Source of the DNA: a virus
Reading direction: 5' to 3' (one strand)
Virus record (IMG/VR): IMGVR_UViG_3300042453_002354
Coordinates: 64,001 to 128,000 of that record
DNA: 64,000 nucleotides
Below the pieces are notes generated by a model. The model saw only the letters and a list, made by a program, of their open reading frames with translations. It had not been told where the DNA came from and ran no database searches. Of the stretch, positions 8,887 to 18,240 are shown in pieces. How positions within the stretch are numbered: position 1 is the stretch's first letter; each line of letters opens with the position of its first letter. The position numbers and the translations under genes were made by a program.

Positions 8887-9102
8887 CTATTCCGATACCA
8901 ATTCGGCATCAACTAGAGTTTTGAATTGTTGAATGTTTACAAAAATTTTTTCTGACACTTCATTCTTAAAGTAACCTTCATTACATTCAGAACAAAAATC
9001 ACCTTCTACATTCTTAATTGTGGCAGTTTCATTTTTGTATGTATAATACAAATCTCGACAGTCACGAATTAATTCACCATTTGAACACGCAAAACATTTC
9101 AT
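8887..9102 (-). CDS. YgiT/MqsA-type zinc-finger domain protein without HTH
   Basis: MKCxxC..GEL.RD.RDL.YTYK.E...I..V.GDFCxxC.E matches the MqsA N-terminal domain; 4-nt overlap with the upstream gene. Confidence 0.85.
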   Translation of the reverse strand: MKCFACSNGELIRDCRDLYYTYKNETATIKNVEGDFCSECNEGYFKNEVSEKIFVNIQQFKTLVDAELVSE

Positions 9103-9551
9103 CTTCTGTACCTATAAACAATAAATTTGTAATTTCTCTTTTGTATTCTGACAATTTCTCTTGGTTTCACGCCATGATTTACTATCATGTGCTGACCTAT
9201 TGCTTCCTGACTCAGTATTGATGTGCCAGGTTCAATTTCCATTTGAACGGATGGAACACCAAAGAACTCCTGAGAATATATCAAATCTTTTTTACAGTCA
9301 AATAAATCATTATCGCCAAAAAAAGATTCTTCGGTTGGAATGCCAAATGCGGATATTAATTTTGGTTGTGGTATTATATCTGGGTCGCCTAGACTTTCTT
9401 CTGATTCTATTTCTAGAATTATTAGATAGGTCTCGCCACTTAAATCTAAATGTGGAAATATTGTACTATTATTAATTTCTGGAAAGACTTCAGAAACAAA
9501 CAATAGTTTAAATGAAGGTACTTGAGTTGTAGATAATATTTGTTCACTCAT
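9099..9551 (-). CDS. Hypothetical virion protein with four I-x-[ST]-x-E-x-[FLI]-G repeats
   Basis: IESEESLGDP, GIPTEESFFG, IYSQEFFGVP and SILSQEAIGQ. Confidence 0.6.
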   Translation of the reverse strand: MSEQILSTTQVPSFKLLFVSEVFPEINNSTIFPHLDLSGETYLIILEIESEESLGDPDIIPQPKLISAFGIPTEESFFGDNDLFDCKKDLIYSQEFFGVPSVQMEIEPGTSILSQEAIGQHMIVNHGVKPREIVRIQKRNYKFIVYRYRR

Positions 9552-9611
9552 CCTTCGTAATCCTCACTCAAATGCGACTTAATGATATTTATCGCATAAT
9601 ATTACATTAAA

Positions 9612-10271
9612 TTATTTTAAAGATTTTAGGAATTTTTCAAAAGCCTTTATCGCCAAATCTTCTCTAATTGATTTTTTCACTATTGGTTTTGTTATTTGTT
9701 GTTTAATTTTTTGCAATTCTCTTTCTACGATTTTGCCATTATTCCAAACCCATTCTTTTCCTTCTAGTATTCCTTCAACAAACGCATCAGGAGCACTAGG
9801 ATCTGCAACGACATCAACTGTGGCCAAATAATAATCGTCTTGAACTTCTTGTAAATTATTATCTATTTCTTTTAAACTACCCATACCACGAGAAGAGACA
9901 CCCAACTGAACTCCTTCATCAATGAAGGCTTTAACTATTTTTCCAGTTGGTGTGTCTAAAATTTTAGCTCTGCCAATAAAATTGCTACCATCTTCTCGTA
10001 TGGATGTAATCATATGAGAAACACGATCAAGATTAATCGTAGGTGTTTCAGGATGATTCAATTCGCCAAGTGCTCTGTTTTTGGATACTGCTTCTTGAAT
10101 ATATCTATTAACTTCTTTTTGAAGAACAGGATGTGGATATATCCTTCCATTCCTGTTTTCTAAATCTGCTTGGAGAAAAATACCTTCTATGAAGTAGTTT
10201 TTTCCAGGTTTATTTTCTTCCTGTAAAATTTCAACTTTTACATTTTCGTAGATTTCTCTTATGAGTTTCAT
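9612..10271 (-). CDS. gp21: Prohead core protease
   Basis: IEGIFLQA...NRNGRIYP, ALGELNHP, GVSSRGMGSL and DVVADPSAPDA. Confidence 0.97.
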   Translation of the reverse strand: MKLIREIYENVKVEILQEENKPGKNYFIEGIFLQADLENRNGRIYPHPVLQKEVNRYIQEAVSKNRALGELNHPETPTINLDRVSHMITSIREDGSNFIGRAKILDTPTGKIVKAFIDEGVQLGVSSRGMGSLKEIDNNLQEVQDDYYLATVDVVADPSAPDAFVEGILEGKEWVWNNGKIVERELQKIKQQITKPIVKKSIREDLAIKAFEKFLKSLK

Positions 10272-10277
10272 TTTTCG

Positions 10278-10523
10278 TTATCCTTTGTTCACAGAAAAAT
10301 CTAAAACTTTTAGAAAATTCTGAGGGCCTCTATTTAACATTCTTTCAAATTTTTCTTTATTTGTACCAACCATATACTGATGTGCGCCTAGTATGGCACT
10401 TGCACTGAAGATATCTACTAGCATAGTAGAGCCATTTTGAAACTTAATTTTTGCTCGTTGCTTAGTACGTACAACTTCCCTGAGTTGTTCTATGACATCT
10501 AAGTTTTCATTTATTACTTTCAT
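10278..10523 (-). CDS. Small conserved prohead-core region protein (gp67/68 position)
   Basis: Lies between gp20 and gp21; KIKF.NG....VD..SA.A.......N..KF..ML motif seen in T4-like phages. Confidence 0.55.
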   Translation of the reverse strand: MKVINENLDVIEQLREVVRTKQRAKIKFQNGSTMLVDIFSASAILGAHQYMVGTNKEKFERMLNRGPQNFLKVLDFSVNKG

Positions 10524-10559
10524 TTTGGTACCAAATAAAAATATTCTACAAATTATTTA

Positions 10560-12320
10560 TCAATTCAAATCTTCTTCTAATAGTATATTTAAATCAAAAA
10601 ATTCTTTGTCTTCTTTTGGCTCACCTTTGTTGATTCTTTTGTCTCGCTTAACTTCTGCCTTTTCTTCTTTGTTTTTTAAATTTTTAGTCTTTACTTCCGT
10701 TGCGCCAGTTTCTGGTGCATCAAAATTGACAGGATCTTTTTGCTTATCCAATTCCAATTCAAATTCTGCACTAGCCATATCAATGTCAGCTCTGTCTTCC
10801 GTCTTCTCAAGATATTCATCCTTTTCGGATTTAATCTGCTTATCAATATTTTTCTGCAATTCTTCCGATTGATTCAGTATCACATCTCTTACGTATTGAT
10901 GTGAAAAATATTTACCAACGTAAGGTTCTATGGATTGCAAAACATTTAATCTGGTTAAAGTTAATTCTTGATCTTTCAGTTCGCCAAAATAATTGTCCTT
11001 TGAGTAAATAAAATAAATGTAATTTTTAATTTGCTCCCATTCTTCTGGTGATATGATATTTTTTAATATTAATTGTCTTTGTAATAATTCCATAAAAAGC
11101 TGAGAGAATTGTTGTCTCAGTCTTACTATAAATTTATAAAACTTAACCTCATCTCTGGTTATTTCTGTCACTCTGCCAACATTAAAATTATTTTGGCTAT
11201 CGAGTCTTCCTATAGGAACATTTAGAGACTGATAGAATTTTCTCTGGAAATATTCAATATCTGATATTTCTCCGAGGTTTTGACCTCCAGGCAAAGTGTC
11301 AATAGAAGATCCGGTTGAACCATCTTTGACAGCTAACCAAAAATCTTCTTGCATAGAATAGAATTGTCTATCGCTTTGAACTTCACCAGTTTCGTGATTG
11401 TATATCATATTATTTCGATATGTGTTCATCATTTGCTGAACGAACTGTACCGCTTTATTATGTGGCATACCAGCGACATCTACCTTAAAAACTCTTCTTT
11501 CTGGTGCTCTAGTTATGCGATATATGACCGATGCATCTTCCATCATTTTTAATTGGTTCAAAGGTCTCATGGCTTTGTGTAAATGTGAATACACTATATT
11601 AGCATACTTGTCGACTATTCCAGAGTGACAATAGACAACCGAATCTGGTGTGATTCTATAAGTGGCATATAAATCTGGCATATTGAAGTTAAAGAATGGT
11701 ATGGTGCTAAATTGCATACCACCTCTTAATCCCATTTGATTGAATACAAAAAATTCTTCAACGTTTTTTACTAATTCAACGCCAGTTTCCGAATCCGTTT
11801 CTCTCTCTACTTGAGTTATTTTCTTCATTTGTCTAGGATCAACGTATCTCAATTCTTTGATCCCTTCTTTTTCTTTTCCTGGTATCACGAGAGCGTGATA
11901 ATATAATCTACCATCGACATACCAAGACCTAAAGATTTTATACGCATCTTCTCTGTAATTTAATAGAGATAAACATTCTTGGAATTCGGCTGAGATTTTT
12001 TTCTTGATTGATGATGGTATATCAGATTTAAGATTGAAATCTAATTCAACGCCTGGTTCTTTACCTTCTACTGAAATGGCCTCATTTACGATATCGTCTA
12101 TCGCCGCATCACATTGTGGATGTAAAGACATTTCTCTATATCTTGTGATAAGCTCAGTCTCACTTATGGCAGCATATTGTAGACTGTCTGCCGCTTGTCG
12201 CATAAATTGATCGACGACTAAAGAACCGTCTTGTAAGTTTGGATTTACAGGACTTTTCTGTAGCTTTTTCAATTCATCTTCAGTTTTACTTTTCTTTAGT
12301 TCAAATCCAAATAGTTTCAT
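10560..12320 (-). CDS. gp20: Portal vertex protein
   Basis: LFGF, YREM..HP..D.AIDDIVNEA, WYVDGR, NQLKMMEDA.VIYRITRAPERR and TLPGGQNLGE. Confidence 0.98.
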   Translation of the reverse strand: MKLFGFELKKSKTEDELKKLQKSPVNPNLQDGSLVVDQFMRQAADSLQYAAISETELITRYREMSLHPQCDAAIDDIVNEAISVEGKEPGVELDFNLKSDIPSSIKKKISAEFQECLSLLNYREDAYKIFRSWYVDGRLYYHALVIPGKEKEGIKELRYVDPRQMKKITQVERETDSETGVELVKNVEEFFVFNQMGLRGGMQFSTIPFFNFNMPDLYATYRITPDSVVYCHSGIVDKYANIVYSHLHKAMRPLNQLKMMEDASVIYRITRAPERRVFKVDVAGMPHNKAVQFVQQMMNTYRNNMIYNHETGEVQSDRQFYSMQEDFWLAVKDGSTGSSIDTLPGGQNLGEISDIEYFQRKFYQSLNVPIGRLDSQNNFNVGRVTEITRDEVKFYKFIVRLRQQFSQLFMELLQRQLILKNIISPEEWEQIKNYIYFIYSKDNYFGELKDQELTLTRLNVLQSIEPYVGKYFSHQYVRDVILNQSEELQKNIDKQIKSEKDEYLEKTEDRADIDMASAEFELELDKQKDPVNFDAPETGATEVKTKNLKNKEEKAEVKRDKRINKGEPKEDKEFFDLNILLEEDLN

Positions 12321-12408
12321 TTTAAGTCTCTGATAAATGTAATGTATTGAAGAAAATACTATTGTATTTTATATATCTTTATCTATTTATTGTCTGTTTA
12401 AATTGAAC

Positions 12409-12431
12409 AAAAAAAGGGGCCGATGGGCCCC
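12409..12431 (-). terminator. Rho-independent terminator after gp19
   Basis: GGGGCC-catc-GGCCCC followed by U7 on the minus strand. Confidence 0.85.
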
Positions 12432-12460
12432 TTTCAATATTTGTTTTAATAATAATTTTA

Positions 12461-13060
12461 TTACCTTACTATAGGTAAAGAAAATGCAGAGTCTGGAATA
12501 TTTACACCAAGTCCTGGCGAAGCAGACTGAGTAGGTACCCAATAATCGTAAGCAAGAGTTACTGTAAATTCTTGAATTGCTGTTGTGGAATCCCAGTTGA
12601 CATCAATTGGCGCAACCACTGTAGGAAAACATCCAACCAGTCTATATGCTCTGAGTGCAGAACCATCTTTACCCAATTGAGTAATAATAGCACTAGCCTT
12701 ATAGTTGTTCAGTACGCCCGCATCCTGAACCTGCGAAAGATTTGATTCGAGTCCGTTGATTCTATTGGACCACTGGAAGAACAAATCTCTGTATTTGTGG
12801 TTTTCGTCATTATATACAGTCATTGTGTAGTCTTCAAATGTTCTGTTTCCATAAACCTTAACGACTCTTCCTTGGTGTGAAACGTTTACAGTTTCTACAG
12901 TAACGCCAGGCATTTGTGCCGCTCTACAGAAATATTCAAAATCGTTACCGCCGGCGGCAGCAATTAAAAATGAAGGTACTGTCAACTGTACCTTGAAAAG
13001 ATTAGATCTGGCTCCTCCGCCTATCAATCTATTCTTAAACGCTTCTACGCTAATGGACAT
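12461..13060 (-). CDS. gp19: Tail tube protein
   Basis: GGARSNLF.V, CRAA.MPG, GR.VK..G.RTF..YT.TV.ND and I.EFTVT..YDYW. Confidence 0.96.
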   Translation of the reverse strand: MSISVEAFKNRLIGGGARSNLFKVQLTVPSFLIAAAGGNDFEYFCRAAQMPGVTVETVNVSHQGRVVKVYGNRTFEDYTMTVYNDENHKYRDLFFQWSNRINGLESNLSQVQDAGVLNNYKASAIITQLGKDGSALRAYRLVGCFPTVVAPIDVNWDSTTAIQEFTVTLAYDYWVPTQSASPGLGVNIPDSAFSLPIVR

Positions 13061-13103
13061 TTTTTATCTCCTTTAAAAAGTCAATTTGACTTATTTATAA
13101 CCA

Positions 13104-13111
13104 TATTTATA
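13104..13111 (-). promoter_or_regulatory. Late promoter TATAAATA (gp19)
   Basis: Exact consensus. Confidence 0.75.
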
Positions 13112-13148
13112 TGAGTGTGTTCTAAATTGTACCGTTAATATGGCTATA

Positions 13149-13172
13149 TGAGAGGGTTCCAAAACCCTCTCA
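13149..13172. terminator. Stem-loop between gp18 and gp19
   Basis: TGAGAGGGTT-ccaa-AACCCTCTCA, 10-bp stem. There is no clear U-tract on the minus strand, so it may be a stabiliser or processing hairpin. Confidence 0.55.
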
Positions 13173-13183
13173 AGTTTTTATTG

Positions 13184-15109
13184 TTAGAATTTACCTACAA
13201 TCTCGTTGAACTCAACTCCTGTTCTTACCGCCACAAAATTCAATTGAATGAAATTGATCGATCTGGCAGGTTTAATATAAATGTCACCAACAAATTCATT
13301 ACGATCAATTACTTCAGGAGTATTATTTCTGGAGTCAGCAACGACATAGAAATCGAAGATACCCCTTCTGCTCTTAACCAACTGAAGATATGGTTCAATC
13401 AAAGACTTGAATTGGCTTCTTGTAAATTCATCGTTAAACTCAAACAGTGAGAATCTAGCAGCACGAGCAATACTCTTTTCCAGTACAATGAACAATCTTC
13501 TGACATTAATTCTGTCAAATGCACTTGGTTTAGACAACAAAGTTTTATCGCCGAACAGAACAGTACCTTGACCAGGGAAAGACACGACAGGATTCACACC
13601 AGCTTGATACAAATCATCTCTATCTGCTTGGTTAGGGTTGTATGCCAATTTGACTACATTCTTTATATTGCCTCTGTTGAATCCAGCAGGAGAATACCAA
13701 GGATCTCTTTCGGTATCAGTTCTTACCATTAATCCTGCTATATCACCGTTTAGTGGCAACCATCTATATGCATCATTGTATTTGTCATATTGATATTTCC
13801 AACCAGAATCTAATACTGCATATGAACTAGAAGGTAAATTGTTTCTAAATGTCACAATATCTTCTGCTTCTTGCTTTGAGTTTGCAACAACATCATCTCT
13901 TTCTGGTGAAAGAACAACTAGACAATCTTTTCTAAACTCTGCTATATTATTAATCAAATATGTTGCAAGTGTTGCATCTGCATCACCGCCGAGTACAAAT
14001 GAAATGTCAATTCTTTCTGGATCTTTAAACAGATCAAATCCTGAAATTTTATCAGAATTATTAGCACTAGAACCATCAGAACCGCCAGATAAACTAAATG
14101 TGCTAGGTTTGTCTATGCTATCAAAGACTGTACCCGAAGCAGTCGAACCCCAGTTTATTCCAGCAGGAAGATGATCTGTCCACCAAACATATCTGGAAGA
14201 ACGATTCAACACATCCACATAATAATTACTGGAACCATCTTCCGATTTCGCATCCGATGCAAGTGAAAGTAATGCAAATCTTTCCAAAACTGAACCGGCT
14301 TGTCCACTGAAGAGCCCGTCTTCGTCAATAACCACTATATTAACCTGATCTCCTTCACCACCTCTTCCAGCAACAAAATCCGATGTTCCTGGTACAAACC
14401 TAACAACATCCGCAAATTCCCAAGAAAATTGTAGTTGAGAACCAGAGACTGGTGTATACTGTAAGCCAACTGCAAATGACGAATTGATTTCAAATGAAGA
14501 TGCAGACACGGAAACTACAACTCTTTCTTGACCAACATTAGCAGCAGTATCGTCTAATAGTATTTTAATCTTACTGCCAACTTCTAGATGATCTGTTAAA
14601 TCAACCGAACCAACTACAGAAACCAAAACCCCACCACCTGCGGACGAGAATCGTAAAGCGGCAGGTGTCTGAAACTTATATGCATTTGCTGAAGGACATA
14701 TGGAAACTTTAAGACTATTTCCTTTTTCGCCTGCATACTTAGCGGCAAAAGGTCCAACAGTCGCCGAACCATCCGCAAAATCTACTAGATATGAATCTTC
14801 ATTTTTTATTAGAGCACCAGAACCATCTGCGGTTGCATTAGCCGCACCGGAACCAACAACTCTAACTAATCTTAGCTTATTTCCATAAGCTAGAAAGTTT
14901 GCACAAGTAAAAAAACTAACAAAATTGTCATTCGTTGGTTTGCCAAATTGTTCGACTAGACCGAGTTCATCCTCTACTAACTGAATATCCTCTACTGGTC
15001 CCCAAGAAAAAGAACCAGCAAAAGCACCCTCTGTTGTAGATGCAGATGGCACTACTGTCGTTAAATCTATTTCACTGACATTTACGCCAGGGCTGACTTG
15101 AAATCCCAT
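13184..15109 (-). CDS. gp18: Tail sheath protein
   Basis: FQVSPGV.V.EIDLT, W.SPAG.NRG and GDKT.....SAFDRINVRRLF. Confidence 0.98.
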   Translation of the reverse strand: MGFQVSPGVNVSEIDLTTVVPSASTTEGAFAGSFSWGPVEDIQLVEDELGLVEQFGKPTNDNFVSFFTCANFLAYGNKLRLVRVVGSGAANATADGSGALIKNEDSYLVDFADGSATVGPFAAKYAGEKGNSLKVSICPSANAYKFQTPAALRFSSAGGGVLVSVVGSVDLTDHLEVGSKIKILLDDTAANVGQERVVVSVSASSFEINSSFAVGLQYTPVSGSQLQFSWEFADVVRFVPGTSDFVAGRGGEGDQVNIVVIDEDGLFSGQAGSVLERFALLSLASDAKSEDGSSNYYVDVLNRSSRYVWWTDHLPAGINWGSTASGTVFDSIDKPSTFSLSGGSDGSSANNSDKISGFDLFKDPERIDISFVLGGDADATLATYLINNIAEFRKDCLVVLSPERDDVVANSKQEAEDIVTFRNNLPSSSYAVLDSGWKYQYDKYNDAYRWLPLNGDIAGLMVRTDTERDPWYSPAGFNRGNIKNVVKLAYNPNQADRDDLYQAGVNPVVSFPGQGTVLFGDKTLLSKPSAFDRINVRRLFIVLEKSIARAARFSLFEFNDEFTRSQFKSLIEPYLQLVKSRRGIFDFYVVADSRNNTPEVIDRNEFVGDIYIKPARSINFIQLNFVAVRTGVEFNEIVGKF

Positions 15110-15160
15110 TTGTATCTCCTGTATTCAAAAAAGATAATTGAAAAATAATTTCTATAGAGA

Positions 15161-15168
15161 TATTTATA
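15161..15168 (-). promoter_or_regulatory. Late promoter TATAAATA (gp18)
   Basis: Exact consensus. Confidence 0.75.
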
Positions 15169-15192
15169 TTTTTGTCTCTTTACAGGAGTGTT

Positions 15193-16878
15193 CTAAAATT
15201 TCCACTTTTTGTTATTGAAATTGTTTTGCCAATTATTTAAATCTCTAGAAGCATCGTTATGTCCTACAATTTGCCATCTTGTTCCTATGTCATCGACATA
15301 AAAATTATCATCTTCTGGTCTATAAAGTATAGGAAATGGAATCAATTCATCTTCATTTTCTTTTATTGCTTGTTGTCTTGCATTACTTTTAGTTAGTTGC
15401 ATAAACAAGGTATCCGATGTCATCCAAGCAAACATAACAAGACACATTACCAAATCATCAAATCTTCCTGGTTCTGCCGCATATCCATTTTTTGCATTAC
15501 CACTGGCGACAAATGTTGTAAACTCACTTAGAGTTTCAAAATCGTGTATTTTTAATTTATCTTGTTCTATAAGTAGTTTTAGGTTTGAGCATCCTAATTT
15601 TTTGGTGTGTGGTGTGCTCTTTAATCCCAATCTTGGTCTATTTTTGCCTGGACCTAATGTTAAATTTTGTCCACCTCTTCCTTTATCGCAAGTGCAAAGA
15701 AGATTTTCATATTCCAAATCATTCCATATAATATGAGGTATTTTATCTCCTGTATTTACTTCAACTAGAATGTAAGCATCATTATAATACTTTGCTATAT
15801 TGACCACAGAAGTTGGTACCATTATATCTGCTATTTTATTTGAACGATATCTCGCCACTTGCTCATAATTTCCATCGGTACCATCTATAACTTGATATGC
15901 TGTGTAGTTTTGTCCCACACCCTCAGATACGTCAACAATTATAAAATAAACGTGATCCTTTTCTGGTGTCTTGAAAATGTTTACACCATTCTGTACTACT
16001 TTTGGTTCTTGCCATTTTATGGTTTTGATTTTTGCTGGCGATATCAAAGTGTTTGAAGAACCTAAAAAGTCTCCACCAAATTCTTGGATGAATTTTTCTT
16101 CACCCATATTTGCAATTTGACTTTCATACCAATCTTGATCTCTGCCAGGAACTTGAGACCAATGCGCTTCTACGGGTATGAATTGATTATTTCCCGAAAC
16201 TGCATCGGTCCAATATCTATAAAAATGATTCATACCGTTTGGTGTAGAAATCATAAACAACTTTGTTGTTTTACCGGAAGATATTACAGGAAATACGGAA
16301 GCAAAAAAGTCTTCTGCAATACTTTCATCTACGAATGCAAACTCTTCTAGTAGAACCATATTGTACGTTCCACCTCGACCAGAAGAACTTGAAGTTGGTA
16401 CTGCTTTTACCAAAGAATTATTTTCTAGAAGAATTGAATGTTTATTCCATTCACCAACACCTTGTTGCATCCATCTAGGTAATTGTTCGTATGCAAATCT
16501 AACTTTGCCAAGAATTTCTATAGCGGTGTCACTTTTGTTTGCCAGAATCAAAACTTTGTAGTTTTCTTTGAAGAGAATCGACCACAAAACATATGCACAA
16601 GTGATGGTACTCTTACCGATCTGACGGCTGCACTTCACTATAGCAAATCGGTTTTCATTGTATACTTTTATGATATCCTTTTGGAAATCATAAAGTTTCA
16701 TATATTTTTCTGGCTCATCTTCGTCCAGAGTTACTATTTTAATATAATTTTCAATAAAATATAAAGGGTCTTGAGAACACTTTACGTATTCTTCCACCTG
16801 TTCTGTCGTGAACTCGATTGAAATATTGGTCGCTTTAAGGTTTGGATTACCTTTGTATACTGTTTTTCTTTGTGACAT
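15193..16878 (-). CDS. gp17: Terminase large subunit
   Basis: Y.GNPNLK, SRQIGKS (Walker A), LLEEFAF (Walker B variant), STPNG.NHF, DVSEG and DDLVM. Confidence 0.97.
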   Translation of the reverse strand: MSQRKTVYKGNPNLKATNISIEFTTEQVEEYVKCSQDPLYFIENYIKIVTLDEDEPEKYMKLYDFQKDIIKVYNENRFAIVKCSRQIGKSTITCAYVLWSILFKENYKVLILANKSDTAIEILGKVRFAYEQLPRWMQQGVGEWNKHSILLENNSLVKAVPTSSSSGRGGTYNMVLLEEFAFVDESIAEDFFASVFPVISSGKTTKLFMISTPNGMNHFYRYWTDAVSGNNQFIPVEAHWSQVPGRDQDWYESQIANMGEEKFIQEFGGDFLGSSNTLISPAKIKTIKWQEPKVVQNGVNIFKTPEKDHVYFIIVDVSEGVGQNYTAYQVIDGTDGNYEQVARYRSNKIADIMVPTSVVNIAKYYNDAYILVEVNTGDKIPHIIWNDLEYENLLCTCDKGRGGQNLTLGPGKNRPRLGLKSTPHTKKLGCSNLKLLIEQDKLKIHDFETLSEFTTFVASGNAKNGYAAEPGRFDDLVMCLVMFAWMTSDTLFMQLTKSNARQQAIKENEDELIPFPILYRPEDDNFYVDDIGTRWQIVGHNDASRDLNNWQNNFNNKKWKF

Positions 16879-16882
16879 AATA

Positions 16883-17377
16883 TTATTGTGATTTTAATTG
16901 TTTCAGTAATTTATGTAGCTCCGTTGTGCTTCCTACAAAGACATTATTATTTACCGTTTGTGCCTTCGCCTCTTCCGGTTCCTTCATCGTTTCTATCTCT
17001 CTCTTATCTTTATGTGCCTCTATTAGTTGTTTATTTCCTTCTAATATGGTCTTTATCATCAAAGACAAAACTTCGTATGCTCTTGGATGTTGAGAACTTC
17101 TAGCCAATTCCAAAAGATCCGTAATAGCTTCTTGACCCGCTTCTATAGCAGTCATCATATGACCACGAAGATATTCAAAATCATTTAACATTAAATTTTT
17201 TGAGTCATCACTGTTTGTATTTACTGCCTTTGCTATATCTTTTCTGACAGAATCATATTCAACAATTTGCTCCTTTTCCGTGAGGCTTTTTATTTCTTCC
17301 GTTTTTTCTTTTGACATAAAAAAGTTTTTATCCTTCGGTGATATGCCTGCTTTATAATTCATATTTAACTCCTTCAA
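16883..17377 (-). CDS. gp16: Terminase small subunit
   Basis: DFEY.R, A..SQHPRAYEV and NNNVFVGSTTEL.KLL. Confidence 0.93.
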   Translation of the reverse strand: MKELNMNYKAGISPKDKNFFMSKEKTEEIKSLTEKEQIVEYDSVRKDIAKAVNTNSDDSKNLMLNDFEYLRGHMMTAIEAGQEAITDLLELARSSQHPRAYEVLSLMIKTILEGNKQLIEAHKDKREIETMKEPEEAKAQTVNNNVFVGSTTELHKLLKQLKSQ

Positions 17378-18225
17378 TCATCTACATCAACGTCCGTTCC
17401 TGTCACTGGGTCGTATCTTTTACCATCATTAAACTCGAAACTCGATTCAGTATAACCATAATCATCATTTGGTCCGGCAGAGTTTGGATCTGGCGTGAGT
17501 ATGTGTCTCTGTATTCTAGGAATCTTTTTCAAATTTTCACTAGAAGGATCTATTTCTCCGAAATTATTTTCAGGCAATTTTGTATGAGTATTGACAATAA
17601 CTTCTCGTATAATTCCTTGTTGTGATATAGGTCCATAAAAATTCATTTTCACATTGAAAGATAAGGTCCAGGTTATATCTCTTTTTGCATCTAAATCTTC
17701 CGTCCACTGATCTTCAAAGGAAACGTCAGACAAATCTATATGCATATCATCTCTGAAATTCATTTCAGGAATTGGCAAATATTGTACAGTTAAACCTGGA
17801 GTAAAATAAGGTAAGATTTGTTCTACAATTTGATTGCATTCATCCGCAAACTTTGACAGTATGTATAGATCGATTTTAATATTATATGGAACTGTGGTAA
17901 ATTGTTTTAATAGAGTTTGATTGTCTTTTACCTTTGTGTATTTTTCTATCTTAGAAAGTTTTCTTGTAGTGTCATAAACCATTGAAGTCATTTGAAACGA
18001 CATTCTAGGTTGAATTGAATCTACAGTGTTTGGTTCAACCATATTGTTTTGTTCTTGTCTATAAACCCAACTTTCTTTTGGTCCATAAACTATAGGAACT
18101 TTAAATCTCTCAACTTCATTTCCAGAAGTATCAATTTTTTTTACAGTTATATTACTGAATAATGTACCAAAAACGGTAACAGCTTTTCTAAAAGATTTGT
18201 GATAGAACCATTCATTATTAAACAT
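17374..18225 (-). CDS. gp15: Tail sheath stabilisation / completion protein
   Basis: FYH...RK.V..FGTLF, VP..YGPK, PRMSF and QIVEQILPYF.P. Confidence 0.95.
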   Translation of the reverse strand: MFNNEWFYHKSFRKAVTVFGTLFSNITVKKIDTSGNEVERFKVPIVYGPKESWVYRQEQNNMVEPNTVDSIQPRMSFQMTSMVYDTTRKLSKIEKYTKVKDNQTLLKQFTTVPYNIKIDLYILSKFADECNQIVEQILPYFTPGLTVQYLPIPEMNFRDDMHIDLSDVSFEDQWTEDLDAKRDITWTLSFNVKMNFYGPISQQGIIREVIVNTHTKLPENNFGEIDPSSENLKKIPRIQRHILTPDPNSAGPNDDYGYTESSFEFNDGKRYDPVTGTDVDVDD

Positions 18226-18240
18226 TTTTTTGTTCCTTTA

